DNA of 64,000 bases from Octopus bimaculoides. Its lineage: Eukaryota. The notes under the pieces were generated by a model. It ran no database searches. It worked only from the letters and a program-made list of their open reading frames with translations, and was not told the origin of the DNA. Shown one piece after another: positions 50,141 through 63,206 of this stretch (position 1 is the first letter of the stretch; each line of letters starts with the position of its first letter). Both the position numbers and the translations under genes were made by a program. The stretch is from contig NC_068981.1 of the NCBI RefSeq assembly GCF_001194135.2, forward strand, positions 84,198,512-84,262,511. Direction: 5' to 3'.

Positions 50141-51664
50141 ACACACACGTGCACATATACATAGTGTCAGAAAAAATAGACACACATTCACAGATACTTT
50201 CTCTCACACACAGACGCACAGGCACACATGCACACAAAGGCATACATCTATATATACATACATATATGTATACAGATTTATAATACCCAATGATATCACA
50301 ACAGAGAAGTCGTTATTGCCCTTCTTGTTAGAAAATGGCGTTCTTAGAAATGTGGGCAACTTCGTTCCGTGTTGATGTTGATGTCACTCATGTAGTTGTT
50401 TATTCTTTTGCTTCAGACTATTCAAGTACAAATTTATGACTAGCTTGTTTACTCCAACTTGGATAGCTTAGAGTTTTAGCAAGATGAATGTGGAGAAGTT
50501 AGGTACCTTTGTTAACCACTAAACCTGCTTTCAGTAAAGATTAATTATATCCGCTTTTCCCCCGTTTTTCTCATCAACAACCTGGACAACAACCGCAGCA
50601 ACTACAACTACAACAATAACTCCTACTACTACAGCTCCTACTACTACTAATCCTACTACAGTACTACTACTATTACTACTGACCAAGCTGTAACTTTAAT
50701 CTTATTGTTTCATTGTCTTGCAAAAAATGGTCTCGTTTCGTAAAAAGGTCAACCTAAACGCGATGGGTGGCTTATGTGAACAGCGATGATAAAGGGTTTA
50801 GAAACCTCTTATCTTCCTACACACCCTATTCAAGGGAAATAAATCATTTCTAAAATCTGAAACGATATTTACGTTGAACCGTCATTGTAGTCCCAATGTG
50901 GAATCACAATACGTAAATTATTTCCATTTAATTCACATACAACCACATATACTATTATGTACACACACACACACATACATACAGAGAGTAACACAAGCAA
51001 ATACACACAGGATACACACATAGAGACAGGCAAGCAGCAAACATACATCCATGTCTGCGTCTATCATACATGACAATCTCAAACTCCGCCTGTTGAATAC
51101 AGAAAGTCATAAATAATTACGAATGCAGTTTCAATAAACAAAATTCGATAAACAGCTGACGGGCTCGATACATTAGATACCAACATATCCAAAAGATCCA
51201 AAGATTGCTATCTTATTATTTCTCAGTATGCCTGTGAAAAAGAACAAAGCACTTAAGTCTCAATGTCTCAGTCCAACTAAATATAAATAGGTACCAAGCT
51301 GTGTTCGACTTATCTGCTCAAAATAGCTCCGGCATTTCTACGTGGTGACTGCATATTTACTTTGCAACACTGAATCTATAAAAGCGAAGTAGCAGAAACA
51401 TAGAGCGTATTTGTTCCGACTCTACACACTGGGGTTAAAATGCCGCCATGTTCATCTTCGCCTTTCCTCTTTTCAGTGTCGGTAAAAAAGGGCCGAACGA
51501 AAACAAACTGTATTCTTTGAGGTATTCTTTGTTTCTGATTTCAATTCGTACCATGCAGCCCTTGGTGGGTGGACTTAATCTGTCCACCTATTTATCGTCA
51601 CCAGGCCTTTGGAAGAAACCATTATGCTGGAAGCATTTGGGCTAGATTTCCGGAGTGCAGATAC

Positions 51665-51732
51665 CTTCCTCTCTCCATCCCACAAATCTTGGAGACCCCT
51701 TAAGGTATCAAGGGCACTGCCTTCCATCTTGG
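51665..51732 (-). CDS. Candidate 68-nt exon, (x)KMEGSALDTLRGLQDLWDGERK
   Basis: TTCTTTTCTATGTTTTAG acceptor, AAG|GTATCT donor, non-repetitive sequence of about 50% GC, one open frame, and an ATG in strong context (CCAAGATGG). Confidence 0.35.
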
Positions 51733-52210
51733 CTAAAACATAGAAAAGAATTATTTGATACTGGATACAAAATCAAACCATACCATCGTTTACATTCCTA
51801 ACTGAACACAAAATATTCCAGTTGTTCAATATTAAATTATAGGCCATTAGATCTTATATGAATCAAATTACGTGAAACCTGTTGCAACTGATGACGAATC
51901 TATCATGTATTGGATAAACATAAACGCACTCTATTGTTATGAGCAAATGCTAATTTGTGCTTTTTTAAGTATTATGAATTAATATTTGAAATTCTTTATG
52001 GAATCTTAGAAAAACTTGCATTTCTTGTAAATCACTTCGAACGGTCTGTGTTATTTATATATATATAGANNNNNNNNNNNNNNNNNNNNNNNNNNNNNNN
52101 NNNNNNNNNNNNNNNNNNNNNNNNNNNNNNNNNNNNNNNNNNNNNNNNNNNNNNNNNNNNNNNNNNNNNNNNNNNNNNNNNNNNNNATATATATACATAT
52201 ATATATATAA

Positions 52211-53010
52211 GTATCGTACAAGATGATCTGGATCTCCTAAACCACCTCCCCAAACACACCAACAAGGACATTTTCATCGTCTCCTTCGATGTGATAAACC
52301 TCTACACTACGATTCCACACCAATACGGACAGGAAGCAATAAGATTCTGACTGGAAAAGTACCCCAATGAGATCTCGGAAATAATAGAAAAAGATTTTGT
52401 CAACTTTTGTAACTTTAATCGTAACTCCTATAAACAGGTATCAGAGACTGCGATCGGTACAAAAGTTGCCCCCACTTACGCTAATCTAGTTATAGCCTAC
52501 ATGGAAGTCCAAGCATGTGAACAACCCAAATTAGAATATGGCCTGAATTTCTACAAGTACCTGTTAGAGAATTGGAATCGCTACTCGGATGACTACCTCA
52601 TTCTATCTCACACATTCGACCAACTCAGTGAATTCAAAAACCTAATTAACAGCATCAACAATCATATTCAATTCATAATGGAATATAGTCAAAACCAAAT
52701 CCTATTTCTAGACATCTTAATCATAAAAAAGACACAAGCATTGAAAGTGATGTCCGCTACAAACCGACTGATTCCAAACAATATCTTCTATTCACCTCCA
52801 ACCACCTATAGCACACGAAGATACACATTCTTTTTAATCTAGCGAGAAGAAATTGTACAATTGTTTCAAATTATGAAACGCGGTACTAAAGGCTCCAAGA
52901 ACTAAAGGAAATTCTGCTCGAAAGACAGTACCCACCATTATTATTTGATAATGAAATAAAACGGGATCAGGCAATCGACATCGAAGATTTACGAAAACGG
53001 AAACACACTC
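52211..53010 (+). mobile_element. Penelope-like element reverse transcriptase pseudogene
   Basis: SFDVINLYTTIPH, YKQVSETAIGTKVAPTYANL, RYSDDYLI, IQFIMEYSQNQILFLDILI, YKPTDSKQYL, RLQELKEILLERQYP; stops and indels present. Confidence 0.9.
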
Positions 53011-53527
53011 AAGGTACGCTAAATAGGATACTTTCTATTGAATAGTTTATAACGATATTCTGTCGATTTCCGAAAGAAAATTTTACTATCTAACGCTAAA
53101 ATGAATCGAGGTTTGATCTTCCTAAATATATTTCTTAAGATTTTATAAAGTTTCGAGCGATTGTGAAATAATTCAATTTTGTAACTGTGGATCTTGAAGG
53201 ACATAACGCTACAAATGATAGCATGCAAATGTTGGATTCAAGATTCGTTTTACATAGAAAGCATTCGACTTTTTCTATTTAAAAGGGTTTCTCAACTCAA
53301 TATTTGCATCTTCAATATTTGTAGCTTTATTTTTGATAATGTTTAATCATAAAAGTAGTTTATGTACGAAAATGGTTATCAGTGTAGTCCATGTAACTGA
53401 TATAGTGAGATTAATAGTAAATCTAGGGGAAATTAATTGATGCTATTCCAGGAATTGATGTTATTCAATAATGAGGTATATGTGAAAATCATAAACTAAG
53501 AAATGATTATTTTTAATGTTTAACGCG

Positions 53528-53590
<63 letters not shown>

Positions 53591-53645
53591 ACACACACAA
53601 ACACACAAACAAACAAACACACACACACGTATGTATGTATGTATG

Positions 53646-53810
53646 TGTTGTGTCGACGCCCCCAGGCGAAGAAGTAAGATCTCCCAAGACATATAAATAG
53701 AGGTAGTCTGGTCGTGGTAGGAGTGTTGAGTAGCAGTCGAGTAGCAGTTGTGTAGCGGTTGAGTAGAGATTATCCGAAGGTGCTAGATAGCAGTAGCTTA
53801 AGACATAACA
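53646..53810 (+). mobile_element. Solo LTR-like element, 165 bp, in (GTAT)n
   Basis: TGTTG...TAACA ends, TATAAATAG box and GTATG on both sides (5-bp TSD, within a microsatellite). Confidence 0.55.
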
Positions 53811-55606
53811 GTATGTATGTATGTATGTATTTATGTATCTGATTTTGTTTACATACTTAGGTAGCAAAATATCCTTTGTTTGTCCTCATGAGTCTACATA
53901 TACACATGTTAAAATAATACATTTTAGTTACAATTATCTCTAAATTTCTAAAACATCTAAAATATCATTACCTCGTCTCTCACTTACTTTTCAAATGCCT
54001 TCAACTTTAAAACTTCAACGGTTCAGAAGAGATACGGAAGCACTGAAGAAGAATCTAGACAATTTAAGACTGTAGGTTTCGCTTTCTCGTACAAAAAGCA
54101 GCCTTCTCCAGTTAGTTAATAGAAATGTGTTATCTCACCGGATTAACCGAAACGTGCTCCCGACTACTGGGTTTAAATGAGAGACCTCTAAGACAGGGAT
54201 CATGTTTGTTTATCTTCATAATTGTCATTGCTCTTATAGATGTTCTTTACTGTTAATGATGTTAGCATTTTTGTTGTTACTGCTTTTCTTATTTTTGTTT
54301 TGTTTTTGTTTTATGTTTTCTTTGTCTTGTTGCTAGCAGAAATAATCTTTAATCAGTTCCGTGTCACATGTTCTAACAGAAATATTTTCTTTTATCATGC
54401 AAAGCTTATGGCTTTATGCTCTTCTTTTAGGTTTTTCATCCCATTTTTCCCCTTTGTCTCCATCCTGACCATATCTTCACCATCTCCTCCCAACATATTC
54501 TACATGTCAAGACTTAACCCTCGCTGTTCTCTTTTAGGACAACCTTAATTAGAATTTAAGCCCTCGCTGAAAGCTATTCATTCTTCGGATGCCTCTTATT
54601 ATCTTAATGTGTTAGTAACACTTTAGGGCGGTTGGGTATATAACAAATAAAACAAAGATCAACTCCAAAAAATATTAAAAAGATATGAACATAGTAAAAA
54701 AAAAAAAAGAAGGAATTAGCGGAAAAAAGGAAATATATAAGAAACAAAAATATGAAAGAACGAATTTAAAAAATGGAACACCAAATAAAAACATAATAAA
54801 AAAAAACGAGAGAGTAAAAAGGCAACTTATAGAGGAAGCAACGCTGAAAAAAGTAGAATAGACAAAACAGGAAAAATAAGCACTAGAAAAACAAATAAAC
54901 ATATAGACAAAAGAAAGTGTATCGAAAATAACGAAAGAGTGAGAATATGAGGCAAAGTGTAGGAAAGTAAAGAAATAAGAAAATGCAAAGGAATGAAATA
55001 GATTTCAATGAGCGATTTCCGAAACTACAACATTCTAAAATGTCAGCAAGTGGAGTATGAGATATTGTTGTTTATCTCGAAGTATTTGCTGATTGAGAAA
55101 ACTTTGGATTCAAGGCGTTCCAGTCTCCATCATCCCATTTTTTAAAAAATATATAGGTAAATTGTTGCAATAAAACTAAACAGAAATTTATGCATTTAAA
55201 TAGCTAATTATTTGATTTGTCTCATCTTTTTGGTCCTTAACCGCTATTATTTTATTATTTTACATTTTTAGCTATTTATTCTATTATTCTTTTACCTGTT
55301 TTGGTCATTTGACTGCAGCCATACTGGTGCACCGCCTTGAAGAGTTTTAATCGAACAAATCGACTCCAGTCACACCTGCAACTACACAGCCACGTTTGCA
55401 CCTACACAGCTCAGCCTGTACCTTCACAGCCACACCTGCTTCTATTATATACTAATCTTTTGTGGGATATTAATAACAGGTAATTGTAGACCGAAATGTA
55501 AGTGAAAATTCTTTCGAGCCTCCGTTACTGTTATTTTACTTCAGCACTCATTCAAGTTATTAAGAAAAAAGTTTATGTCTTGTATCCTATCAAAACGAAT
55601 TAATAT

Positions 55607-55818
55607 TAAGGAAGCTCGACGAGCTAACAGAATAGTTACTGCGCCGGACAAAATGCTTAACAGCATTTTGTCCGTCTTCACGTTCAGAGTTCAAATTCAG
55701 CCGAAATCGACCTTGCCTTTTATCCTTTCGGGATCAATAAAATAAGTACCAGTTGAGAAATCGAATTATCCCATCCCTTGAACTCCCTGGCCTTATGCCA
55801 AAATTTAAAATCAATATT
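55607..55818 (+). mobile_element. SINE family A
   Basis: GAGTTCAAATTCAGCCGAAATCGACC...CCTTATGCCAAAATTTAAAA. Confidence 0.85.
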
Positions 55819-57858
55819 AAGTTCTAGTAATTAAATGCTCTTTTAAGAACATAAGTTCTAGTGTAAGAAAAACAAGAATATGACATTTCTCTTTTCCAGT
55901 GTTCCTAAAAAAAGCATAAATTCCTGAACACATTAAAAGATCAACTCCGCCTTTACAATGTGTTTTCGTTAGCATTCATAACAGCTATTACAAACAATGA
56001 CAAGAAACGGATAAATATGTTGTTCTTTTTACTTAAGAAAACAGCTTTATTACCTTTCTACATGCATATCTAATGTAAACGTGGACATTGGCTAGGTAAG
56101 AGTTATAAAGAAAGATGAAGAAAATAAATGAGCTTGAGATGGGTCATAAATGCATATCTCCTAGCTATTCTGATTCGCATTCCGTCTTTCACTTGTTGTA
56201 TATTATTGTATATTTATTCTTAACGCATTCTGTGTACACAATGTCATAAATATCATAAGCATGGATTTCTATTCAATATTAAGAATTTTAAATCGATCGA
56301 GAAAATACGCATTTCGAGCTTCAAAATATTGAACCCAGCTCAATAAAGTTAAATCGCATAGAAGAAAGAACGAAGCAAGCAAAAAATTACAGAAACATCG
56401 GAAAAAACCCAAAAAGAAACAGAAAATACCTGAATGAAGAAAATAGAGAAGAAAAAAAGAGATGAGTGATCGAACACGATTCAAATAAATAAGAGAACAA
56501 GGAAGAAAGGAAGAGGAGTCAAAAATGCAATATGTGGAATGGAAAAATAAATGAAAAGAAATATGAAAAGTATAACAAAGAAAAGGAGAGAAATAGGAAG
56601 AAAATTTGGAAGATGTCAGATGGAATATATATCGATGAATGAATGTAAAAATCTAGTTCATATAATACGATGCATGAAAGGAAGAAAATATAGAAGTGGA
56701 GAAAGTTTTAAATGACAATAAATTGACGATACAGGCAATCTACGAATTAAAGGAGGGGGAGATAAAAAGAAAAAAGAAAGAAAGGGTGAAAGAAAGAAAT
56801 AGAATGACAGAAAAAAGAACCAATGAAGGAGCAAAACATTGAAAGGAAGAAGATGGAAAATCGAAAACGAAATGAAAGAATAAAAGACAAAAGACAAAAA
56901 TATAAAGGGAGAAAACGAGGGTAATGTCTGCAAAATACAGAAAGATTAAAAAAGTGACGAGTTGCGAAAAAAGAAAATATTTGAAAACGGAATAAAAATA
57001 AAATGTTGAGAAAATATGTATGAAAAATGGAAGGATGAAAAGTGTGAAGCGGAAGCAAAAGAATATTATTAAAGAGGATAAACTAAGCCGGAAGAGTAAA
57101 AATAAATTCTAACATTGAGATTAGTTTAGAAATCTCGACTGGGTTAAGGGAATTACTTGATCGTATTATCTTTAATATTAAAAATTGGAATGGTACTTTA
57201 CTTTGCAGAGGTTTGATGAAAGACAAAGTTGATTGTAGTGGGAGTTTGAACTCAGAACGAAAATATTTTAAAAGTAAATAACGCAATGTATTTTTTCCAG
57301 CGCTCTTACAATTCTACTAGGTCCAGCCGGATTGATAAAATAAAAATAAATATATAAACAATAGAGGAAAATGAGACCTAAATAAATAATAACTGAAAAG
57401 TAGGGGACCAATTATGGAAATATATTAAAAAGAACAAAGAGAAAAATAAATCAGTTTAACAAGCGAATCCATTTTACATCCAACTTTATATACACAGAGA
57501 GGCCCAAAAGTTTGAATAACTATGATGTGAACCTAAACCATTTATGTAAATGTCGAGATCAGCAACGATTTCAAACTCTTAGTTTTCGAAATCTAAACGT
57601 AACCCTAACCCTAACCCTTAAATATATGGAAACTGAACCATTCTTAGACTATCTGTATTGATGGTACCAAAGGTGAATATGATAGCCTCCAGCTATAACT
57701 CTTATTTGAATCATATAGATCACTGGTTTCTGATGATTTTCACATGAAACAAAAATCAAGAAACTGCATGTCAGTAGATCTATATAGACGGTGATGTGGA
57801 CTAGGTCTCCACTTCTATCTTCATCGAACGGTTTCGTCTAAAATATTTCCTGTCACTG

Positions 57859-58078
57859 ATATTGGTTTCAAATTTTGGCATAAAGACGGCAATTTCGGAG
57901 CACGGTTAAATCGATTACATCGACACCAGTACTCAGCAGATACTTATTTCATCAACTCTGAACGGATGACAGGCAAAGTTGACCTCGGTGGAATTTGAAC
58001 TCAAAACTTAAAGACGGACGAAATACCGCTAGGCATTTTCCACGGCGTGCTACTGATTCTGCCAGCTCGCCGCCTTTC
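57859..58078 (-). mobile_element. SINE family A, full length
   Basis: AAGGCGGCGAGCTGGCAGAATC head through the AAAATTTGAAACC tail. Confidence 0.9.
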
Positions 58079-58620
58079 ATACAACTAATATCAAAATGAA
58101 GTGAAGCAATGCTTTGTTGAAATGACATTTTACGTCGTTGTAACAGAAGAGTGCCATGAGAGGTTGAGAGAAAAAATACTATACTTTATTTACGGTATGA
58201 ATTAAATGAATAGATGCGTAAGCGTAAGGAAAGTATTAAAAATGATTAGTGCAATATAACTGCATTGATTGTACGTATTAGTCTTATGTGTGACCATTTG
58301 TACGGTTGGTAGTTGAATAGTAGTCGAAGCGTGTAGTATTGTGTATCGAGAGACAAGTGGAGAAGTTCAAATAGGGGATTAATATATTCGATGACACAAA
58401 TAACAGATGTTTATATGCATGTATATATGTATGCACACACACACACATACGCACACACACACATATATATTTAATGATGAATTGTACTTCATTATTGAAT
58501 ATAATGTGCAAATAACTGAAACGTTCATTTAAGAGAACTTTGCTTCCTTTCAACTTGGGAAGAAACATTTTGTTTCCCTGATGTTTATCGAAGAAATCAG
58601 TACAGTGATTGATTCTACGG

Positions 58621-59010
58621 TAACTGCAGTGAATTTGCCTTCTGGCAGTTGAAATATATCACAAACGTATTTTAACTAACTTAAACTTTGCTTATACCTA
58701 AATACTGCTTCACGCTAATATTTCGTTATTTATCACGATCGGGCGATCCACAAGTGAAAATCACTCAACGTTGTTGTCTGTACTTTACATAAAGCTATTG
58801 CTTTATAAGATTTGTTCAGAGTTGCCTCTCCTAAGTACCTCCCATTGATAAAAACCAACCAGCATGAAACATCGATCTCTTGGAGTCCTGATACATGGCG
58901 ACACTAAACAATAAGACCTTTTTATAATAAGAGACGGTAGCTGCAGTGACTTTGCCTTTTAGTAGTTGAAGTATGTCACAAACATTTTAACTAACCTAAA
59001 CTTTGCATAT
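58621..59010. repeat. About 75-bp imperfect direct repeat (58621-58697 / 58938-59010)
   Basis: CTGCAGTGA.TTTGCCTT....AGTTGAA.TAT.TCACAAAC.TTTTAACTAAC.TAAACTTTGC twice. Confidence 0.8.
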
Positions 59011-59179
59011 ATTTATATATATATNNNNNNNNNNNNNNNNNNNNNNNNNNNNNNNNNNNNNNNNNNNNNNNNNNNNNNNNNNNNNNNNNNNNNNNNNNNN
59101 NNNNNNNNNNNNNNNNNNNNNNNNNNNNNNNNNNNNNNNNNNNNNNNNNNNNNNNNNNNNNNNNNNNNNNNNNNNNNNN

Positions 59180-59212
<33 letters not shown>

Positions 59213-60739
59213 TACAGAGAGAGAGAGAGAGAGAGATAGATAGATGTACAGAGAGAGAGGGGGGGGCAGACAGAGACAGAAAGTCTGACTCAAACAAACA
59301 GACAAGTGAAGCAGACTCGGAGAACAGAGGGCAAGTCATTGATGAGGCGACGAAAGGATTTTGACAGGCTACTAATTGATTGTTTAACCGACTGATTAAA
59401 CAAGTGCTCGATTATTTAGTTGATTGAATATTGATCAATTGTTGTGAGGTGGAATTTGAACCATTGCGTGTGTTTAATATCGACATAATCACCCTTCCAA
59501 AATACTCCAAAAACTGATATCAATACAAGAGTTTACATCAAGAATTTCGGAAACCAAATAAAGCACAAATACACGAAATATATATTTTTTTATTTTCTCC
59601 CTTAGAAGCCGCTGTATCTTACAAACTAAAATCTTCTTTTCAGCATAGATTCCTAAAGTCATAACATTCATCATCATGGCAAAAGAGAAGTGTCACCCAC
59701 AAAGTTCTCTTGTTATCGATAACGTGACTTGTCCCCTCAATCTCTCTTTCTCAGTCGTTTATTTCTCTCTGGCATTCACCTCTATTTCCTTTCCCTCCAT
59801 TATTTCGCAGTTGTTTCCATCTTCCCATATACCTCCACCCACTCAACATATTCATGTTCACTCACTTTCTCTCGTTCTGACTTACACACTTTTTTATCGT
59901 TCACTTTTTCATATCTTTCATTTCTTCTTTTTTCTGATAGGTAATTATCCTTTATCTTTATCTCTTTCTTTTTTCCCTTCCTTCGTCACACACACTCATC
60001 TACGGACACGTAAACTCTGTGTCCTTTTCTTTTTTCTTTTTCTTTTTCTCTTTCTATTACCTCCATTCTTCCCACTCACAAATTCTTTTCTTCATCTTTC
60101 TGTCTATCTTTCGGTACTGAGTAACAATTCATCATTCTCTTTCTCCCTCTTTCTATCACTCTTTCCCTCTTTCTCTCCCTCTCTCTCTCTCTCTTATCCG
60201 CACTGCTCTTAAATATACCTCAACAGTAACTTCCGCCTTGACTTTCAGTTATCACTGCCATGACTCAAGAACACTACCACCATCACCCTCAGCATAATAA
60301 TCATTGCCAGTACCATCCGTGTCTTTCCCTCTTTCTCCAACTCATCATTATCCCTATTACCATTAATATCCTAATCATAATCACCCTCTTTTAACACCAC
60401 ATACAACAACAACAAAACTCAAGGACATATACATCATGACAATCTTCAATTTCTTTTTCCTCATTAGACTCGTAAGACTCTTCAAAATTTACAAGGAATT
60501 TGACACCAATACAATAGCTACCATCTGACACAATCATCATATCTATAAGTACTATTACTATGACGATCTGTAACTACTGTATATCAATAGACATACTGTA
60601 AAATGTTGATACTCCACTACAACTAATCTAGCGTTGGAAATTCTAAAATATAGGCCTAATTTAATTAATAATGAATTATTTGATCCCAATTATTTAATAG
60701 AACTTTGTTAAGAATATTTGCTTAAAACTTCAACTAATG

Positions 60740-61283
60740 GGCACCGTCTGTGAGAAAAACAGCGCATGAAGAAATTCACTCTGCCATAAATTTGGAAACA
60801 ATATTGTACTGCTTGGCATTCGCGCCGGAAGCTCCAATGCAAACATTTCAGAGTGTTTGGGTGTCAATCTGAGGAGAGGGCAATGTGAGGACATGCACTG
60901 AGATTGAGTCAGTGTTTGGAGCGATCACTAGTGATGACAACGTTATGCCGGCATTATTCTTCCCACACGGCCTCAAACTCAATACAGAGGCCTACATCTA
61001 GTGCCTGGAGAAGGTAGTACTGCCCTGTGTCAAGTGGCTGGCTGCTGGAAGACCCTGTGTCTGGCAACAAGACTCTGTACCATACCATACAAGCAGGAGA
61101 ACCCAGTCATGACTGTCAGACAATTTCTGCGACCTCATCACTCTTAACATCCATCCTCCTAACTCCCCAGACTGCAATCCCTTTAGTTATTACGTGAAGG
61201 GTGGAGTTGAGCGAGAGACCAAAGAAACTCCTTGTAACACCAAAGACAAACTAAAAGCAAGAATTATGGCAGCATTCACCAAC
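60740..61283 (+). mobile_element. Tc1/mariner maT-type (DD37D) transposase pseudogene, internally deleted
   Basis: HTH remnant VLLGIRAGSSNANISECLGVNLR, then VFGAITSD..., WQQDSVPYHTS, PPNSPDCNPF(S)YYV. I count 37 residues between the QQD aspartate and the mutated third catalytic position. Confidence 0.85.
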
Positions 61284-61420
61284 TACGACTTTTACTTCCT
61301 CTAAGCGATCGGGTTCGGTCGTCTTCTCCAGGCCATCTGAGAACGCGCCGACGACGGCGCGGAACGTCGCCGCGCGTAAGCGGACTCGTCGGCCAGATCC
61401 GAGGACCTCACCGGACCGTT

Positions 61421-61465
<45 letters not shown>

Positions 61466-61583
61466 GATCGACGCGGGCTGATGACCCGCGCCTACCGGGA
61501 ATTCCTCGTTCATGGGGGTTGGTTCCAAGCCCCGATCCCTATCACGGGAGGTGGTTCAGAGGTTTCCCGACCCTCTCGGGCCG
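61284..61583 (-). rRNA. 18S rRNA 3' fragment (helices 43-44 region), isolated or pseudogenic copy
   Basis: Universal GTACACACCGCCCGTCGCTACTACCGATTG and GAGGAAGTAAAAGTCGTA on the minus strand, with a GC-rich helix 44 expansion. It stops before ACAAGG and continues into a gap on the other side. Confidence 0.95.
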
Positions 61584-62298
61584 NNNNNNNNNNNNNNNNN
61601 NNNNNNNNNNNNNNNNNNNNNNNNNNNNNNNNNNNNNNNNNNNNNNNNNNNNNNNNNNNNNNNNNNNNNNNNNNNNNNNNNNNNNNNNNNNNNNNNNNNN
61701 NNNNNNNNNNNNNNNNNNNNNNNNNNNNNNNNNNNNNNNNNNNNNNNNNNNNNNNNNNNNNNNNNNNNNNNNNNNNNNNNNNNNNNNNNNNNNNNNNNNN
61801 NNNNNNNNNNNNNNNNNNNNNNNNNNNNNNNNNNNNNNNNNNNNNNNNNNNNNNNNNNNNNNNNNNNNNNNNNNNNNNNNNNNNNNNNNNNNNNNNNNNN
61901 NNNNNNNNNNNNNNNNNNNNNNNNNNNNNNNNNNNNNNNNNNNNNNNNNNNNNNNNNNNNNNNNNNNNNNNNNNNNNNNNNNNNNNNNNNNNNNNNNNNN
62001 NNNNNNNNNNNNNNNNNNNNNNNNNNNNNNNNNNNNNNNNNNNNNNNNNNNNNNNNNNNNNNNNNNNNNNNNNNNNNNNNNNNNNNNNNNNNNNNNNNNN
62101 NNNNNNNNNNNNNNNNNNNNNNNNNNNNNNNNNNNNNNNNNNNNNNNNNNNNNNNNNNNNNNNNNNNNNNNNNNNNNNNNNNNNNNNNNNNNNNNNNNNN
62201 NNNNNNNNNNNNNNNNNNNNNNNNNNNNNNNNNNNNNNNNNNNNNNNNNNNNNNNNNNNNNNNNNNNNNNNNNNNNNNNNNNNNNNNNNNNNNNNNNN

Positions 62299-62329
<31 letters not shown>

Positions 62330-62330
62330 C

Positions 62331-62363
<33 letters not shown>

Positions 62364-62419
62364 TGTATGTATGCGTATATGCATGTATGCATGTATGTAT
62401 GTGTATACATTTAAAAATT

Positions 62420-62730
62420 TGTGCGGGCGAGGCTGTGTGGTAAGAGTACACTGCGTGGGCAGAGTGATTTTTACTATAAGCCTAGGCCGCCCAATTCCTT
62501 GTAAGTGGATCTAGTAGTCGGAAAGCAGCTCGCTGCAAATATCTCTTTTGTACTGTTTTAGTCATTTGATTGCGGTCAGGCTGGGGCACCACCTTGAAGG
62601 GTTTTAGTCGAACAAATGGACTAATTGTACCAGTCTCTTTTGCTGAATCGTTAATTACAGGGACATAAACACATCAACAAGGGGTTGTCAAGCAGTAGTG
62701 GAGGGACAAACACAGACATAAGGACACGCA
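62420..62730. mobile_element. SINE B head (+, about 62420-62525) joined to a SINE B tail (-, about 62545-62730)
   Basis: GGCTGTGTGGTAAG...; TACTGTTTTAGTCATTTGATTGCGG...GGTTGTCAAGC. Confidence 0.7.
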
Positions 62731-63173
62731 CATGTCCATTTATATATATATNNNNNNNNNNNNNNNNNNNNNNNNNNNNNNNNNNNNNNNNNNNNNNNNN
62801 NNNNNNNNNNNNNNNNNNNNNNNNNNNNNNNNNNNNNNNNNNNNNNNNNNNNNNNNNNNNNNNNNNNNNNNNNNNNNNNNNNNNNNNNNNNNNNNNNNNN
62901 NNNNNNNNNNNNNNNNNNNNNNNNNNNNNNNNNNNNNNNNNNNNNNNNNNNNNNNNNNNNNNNNNNNNNNNNNNNNNNNNNNNNNNNNNNNNNNNNNNNN
63001 NNNNNNNNNNNNNNNNNNNNNNNNNNNNNNNNNNNNNNNNNNNNNNNNNNNNNNNNNNNNNNNNNNNNNNNNNNNNNNNNNNNNNNNNNNNNNNNNNNNN
63101 NNNNNNNNNNNNNNNNNNNNNNNNNNNNNNNNNNNNNNNNNNNNNNNNNNNNNNNNNNNNNNNNNNNNNNNNN

Positions 63174-63206
<33 letters not shown>

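Noticed and set aside
50417-50502. Plus-strand acceptor/donor pair
   Set aside because: All three frames are closed and there is no other support.
51885-51930. CTGATGA with a 5-bp stem upstream of the Penelope RT
   Set aside because: The GAAA/GUH boxes are not recoverable, and it is separated from the RT by a gap.
57600-57617. (TAACCC)3 telomere-like repeat
   Set aside because: Three units are too few to indicate a fusion site; such runs are common inside repeats.
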